Positions 42,999 to 44,391 of a DNA stretch of 44,391 nt are shown here, one piece after another. How positions within the stretch are numbered: the first letter of the stretch is position 1; the number at the start of each line of letters is the position of its first letter. Source of the stretch: a virus; UHGV virus genome UHGV-0019040; one strand, given 5' to 3'. Both the position numbers and the translations under genes were made by a program. The notes beneath the pieces are model-generated. The model was not told the DNA's origin. It searched no databases and saw only the letters and a program-made list of their open reading frames with translations.

Positions 42999-43643
42999 AT
43001 GGACAGGCCGTATTTCGCCCGGCAGCTTAACGGGCCCGTTATAACAAATATACTTGAGGCCATATACAGGTTCTTCTACATCAAGTGCGGGTTCAGGAGT
43101 CTGTTTGACTACTTTAGTTCTATCACAATAAAAAACGCAGAGAAATACCAGCTTAACTTCATAGGCTCGCTTATGGGCCTGCAGAGGTTCAGCGTACGGG
43201 GTGTAGATACATCTGACAAGAACTCTTTGTCATTTACCGCGGACTACGAGGAACAGACTGTGTACCCTGAAAAGATAGGGTTCTCAGATGAGTACATGAA
43301 ACAGGACCCGGAGAACCCTATATACGGAAAGTTTGCAAACAGCTACGCCGGCGCCGGTGAAGTGCTTCCCATCCCTGAGCCGGAGTTCCGGCAGCTGCTG
43401 CTGACTATATCAAAGTACGGTGATTTCCTGAGCATGAAGTCCCTTGTCGTCCTTGTAAGGACCGGGCTTAACGGCAGTACAGACTTCAGGATAGAGAAGA
43501 ATACAAAGGCCAATGACAGCTATATTGTAAAGACAGGTAAGACTATTCTTCCTGTAATACAGCTGCAGCTCAATATAATCTTGTCAAGTGTATACGCTGA
43601 GTATATACAGTTTAATATAGAGTCAATAGAAGAAGGAGACTAG
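42999..43643 (+). CDS. Baseplate wedge / tail-fiber attachment protein (Mu gp48 / P2 gpI position)
   Basis: 214 aa between the J-like and tail-fiber genes. Confidence 0.45.
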   Translation: MDRPYFARQLNGPVITNILEAIYRFFYIKCGFRSLFDYFSSITIKNAEKYQLNFIGSLMGLQRFSVRGVDTSDKNSLSFTADYEEQTVYPEKIGFSDEYMKQDPENPIYGKFANSYAGAGEVLPIPEPEFRQLLLTISKYGDFLSMKSLVVLVRTGLNGSTDFRIEKNTKANDSYIVKTGKTILPVIQLQLNIILSSVYAEYIQFNIESIEEGD

Positions 43644-43644
43644 T

Positions 43645-44391
43645 ATGAAAGAGAACACCACAAAAGATATGGATGTATATAGCAATGACTCCACTGTAAT
43701 TGAAAGGCCTGAGTCTTACAATATCGGTGTAAAGGTAGGATGGACGGCACCGGCGAAATGGTGGAACTGGCTTTTCAAGAATGTGACAGAACGGCTCAAG
43801 GATATTTTTGTGACTACCACATCAATCCATAATGAGATAAAGAACGCGGTGGGCGGGACCCTTGACCCTGAGTCAGACACACAGCTCAAGGACAAGCTTG
43901 AGCAGATGAAGAAGGAGCTTGCAGACATGACCGCGCAGGTTTCGGCGAACCTTACCGCGCTTGAGGCCACAAAGGCTAAGCCTAACGGCCTCGCGTCCCT
44001 TGACCCTGACGGACGCATCCCGTACTCCCAGCTCCCTGAGTCAGCAATGGAGTTCAAGGGCGACTGGGACGCGTCTACAAACACACCGACACTTGTGGAT
44101 GGCACAGGGAACCTTGGGGACATGTACCTTGTATCTGTGGACGGGACGGTGGACCTCGGCTCAGGGAGCATAACGTTCCTTGACGGCGACCGTGTTATAT
44201 ACAACCAGGCTGGCAGGTGGGAGAAAATCTCCGGCGGCTCCGTGAAGTCTGTAAATAATACAACACCTGATGGCACAGGAAATGTCAATGTTGTTGTTGA
44301 CGGTAGTTATATTGCAGACGGTGCTGTTACAGAAGCAAAGATTGTGAGCGGCGCGGTTACAGAAGCAAAGATTGCAGACGGTGCTGTTACA
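43645..44391 (+). CDS. Tail fiber protein, N-terminal portion (3'-partial in window; continues in frame at 1..678)
   Basis: RBS AGAAGGAGActagtATG. The conserved fiber motif KPNGLASLDPDGRIPYSQLP. The last 30 codons begin the xAKIAxGAVT repeat array. The frame runs exactly to the last base of the window. Confidence 0.65.
   Translation, partial: MKENTTKDMDVYSNDSTVIERPESYNIGVKVGWTAPAKWWNWLFKNVTERLKDIFVTTTSIHNEIKNAVGGTLDPESDTQLKDKLEQMKKELADMTAQVSANLTALEATKAKPNGLASLDPDGRIPYSQLPESAMEFKGDWDASTNTPTLVDGTGNLGDMYLVSVDGTVDLGSGSITFLDGDRVIYNQAGRWEKISGGSVKSVNNTTPDGTGNVNVVVDGSYIADGAVTEAKIVSGAVTEAKIADGAVT

Noticed and set aside
678-43645. Diversity-generating retroelement targeting the repetitive tail fiber
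   Set aside because: No reverse transcriptase (no YxDD-containing ORF) and no template or variable repeat pair with adenine-specific differences anywhere in the window. The repeats are ordinary in-frame structural repeats. The coordinates wrap from 43645 through the window end (44391) to 678 at the window start.

Overview
The window reads as a complete, probably circular, roughly 44.4-kb genome of a tailed phage with a contractile tail. The host is likely a Firmicutes/Clostridia-type bacterium, judging from strong GGAGG-type ribosome-binding sites, an XhlA-like gene followed by a holin, and a PBSX/Mu-like baseplate. The open reading frame at the window end (43645..44391, tail-fiber N-terminus) is in frame with position 1 (tail-fiber repeat region to 678), so one gene spans the window junction.

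The genome has two large divergent transcription units that start in an intergenic region (22889..23232) and converge on a bidirectional terminator (about 3472..3519).

(a) Plus strand, 23233 through the junction to 3459: small terminase; large terminase interrupted by an intein in its P-loop; portal; scaffold-like protein; decoration-like protein; major capsid protein; neck proteins; tail sheath; tail tube; tail chaperone with a -1 frameshift site; tape-measure protein carrying an HD-domain motif; baseplate, spike, PAAR-like, gp25-like, baseplate-J and tail-fiber genes; then a lysis cassette with an XhlA-like protein, a holin and a membrane protein.

(b) Minus strand, 22864 down to 3517: an AT-rich cluster of small accessory genes; an 880-bp repeat- and palindrome-rich non-coding region that is GC-rich and is a candidate replication origin; then a replication and nucleotide-metabolism module. 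That module holds an Arg-rich protein, the flavin-dependent thymidylate synthase ThyX, a candidate HTH regulator, a DUF2829/Tad2-like protein, a PD-(D/E)XK nuclease, an SNF2 helicase, a prim-pol primase, a UvrD-like helicase, a dCMP deaminase-MazG fusion, a zf-FCS protein, a family A DNA polymerase and a VRR-NUC nuclease.

No integrase, repressor, CRISPR array, reverse transcriptase or rRNA was recognised; tRNAs could not be screened by eye.

The most unusual feature is that the large-terminase intein (23768..24646) carries a complete HTH-HNH homing endonuclease gene on the opposite strand, with its own -10-like box and ribosome-binding site, while the sense frame stays open through it.

All coordinates derived by counting bases by hand may be off by 1-2 nt. 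Coordinates taken from the supplied ORF track are exact.
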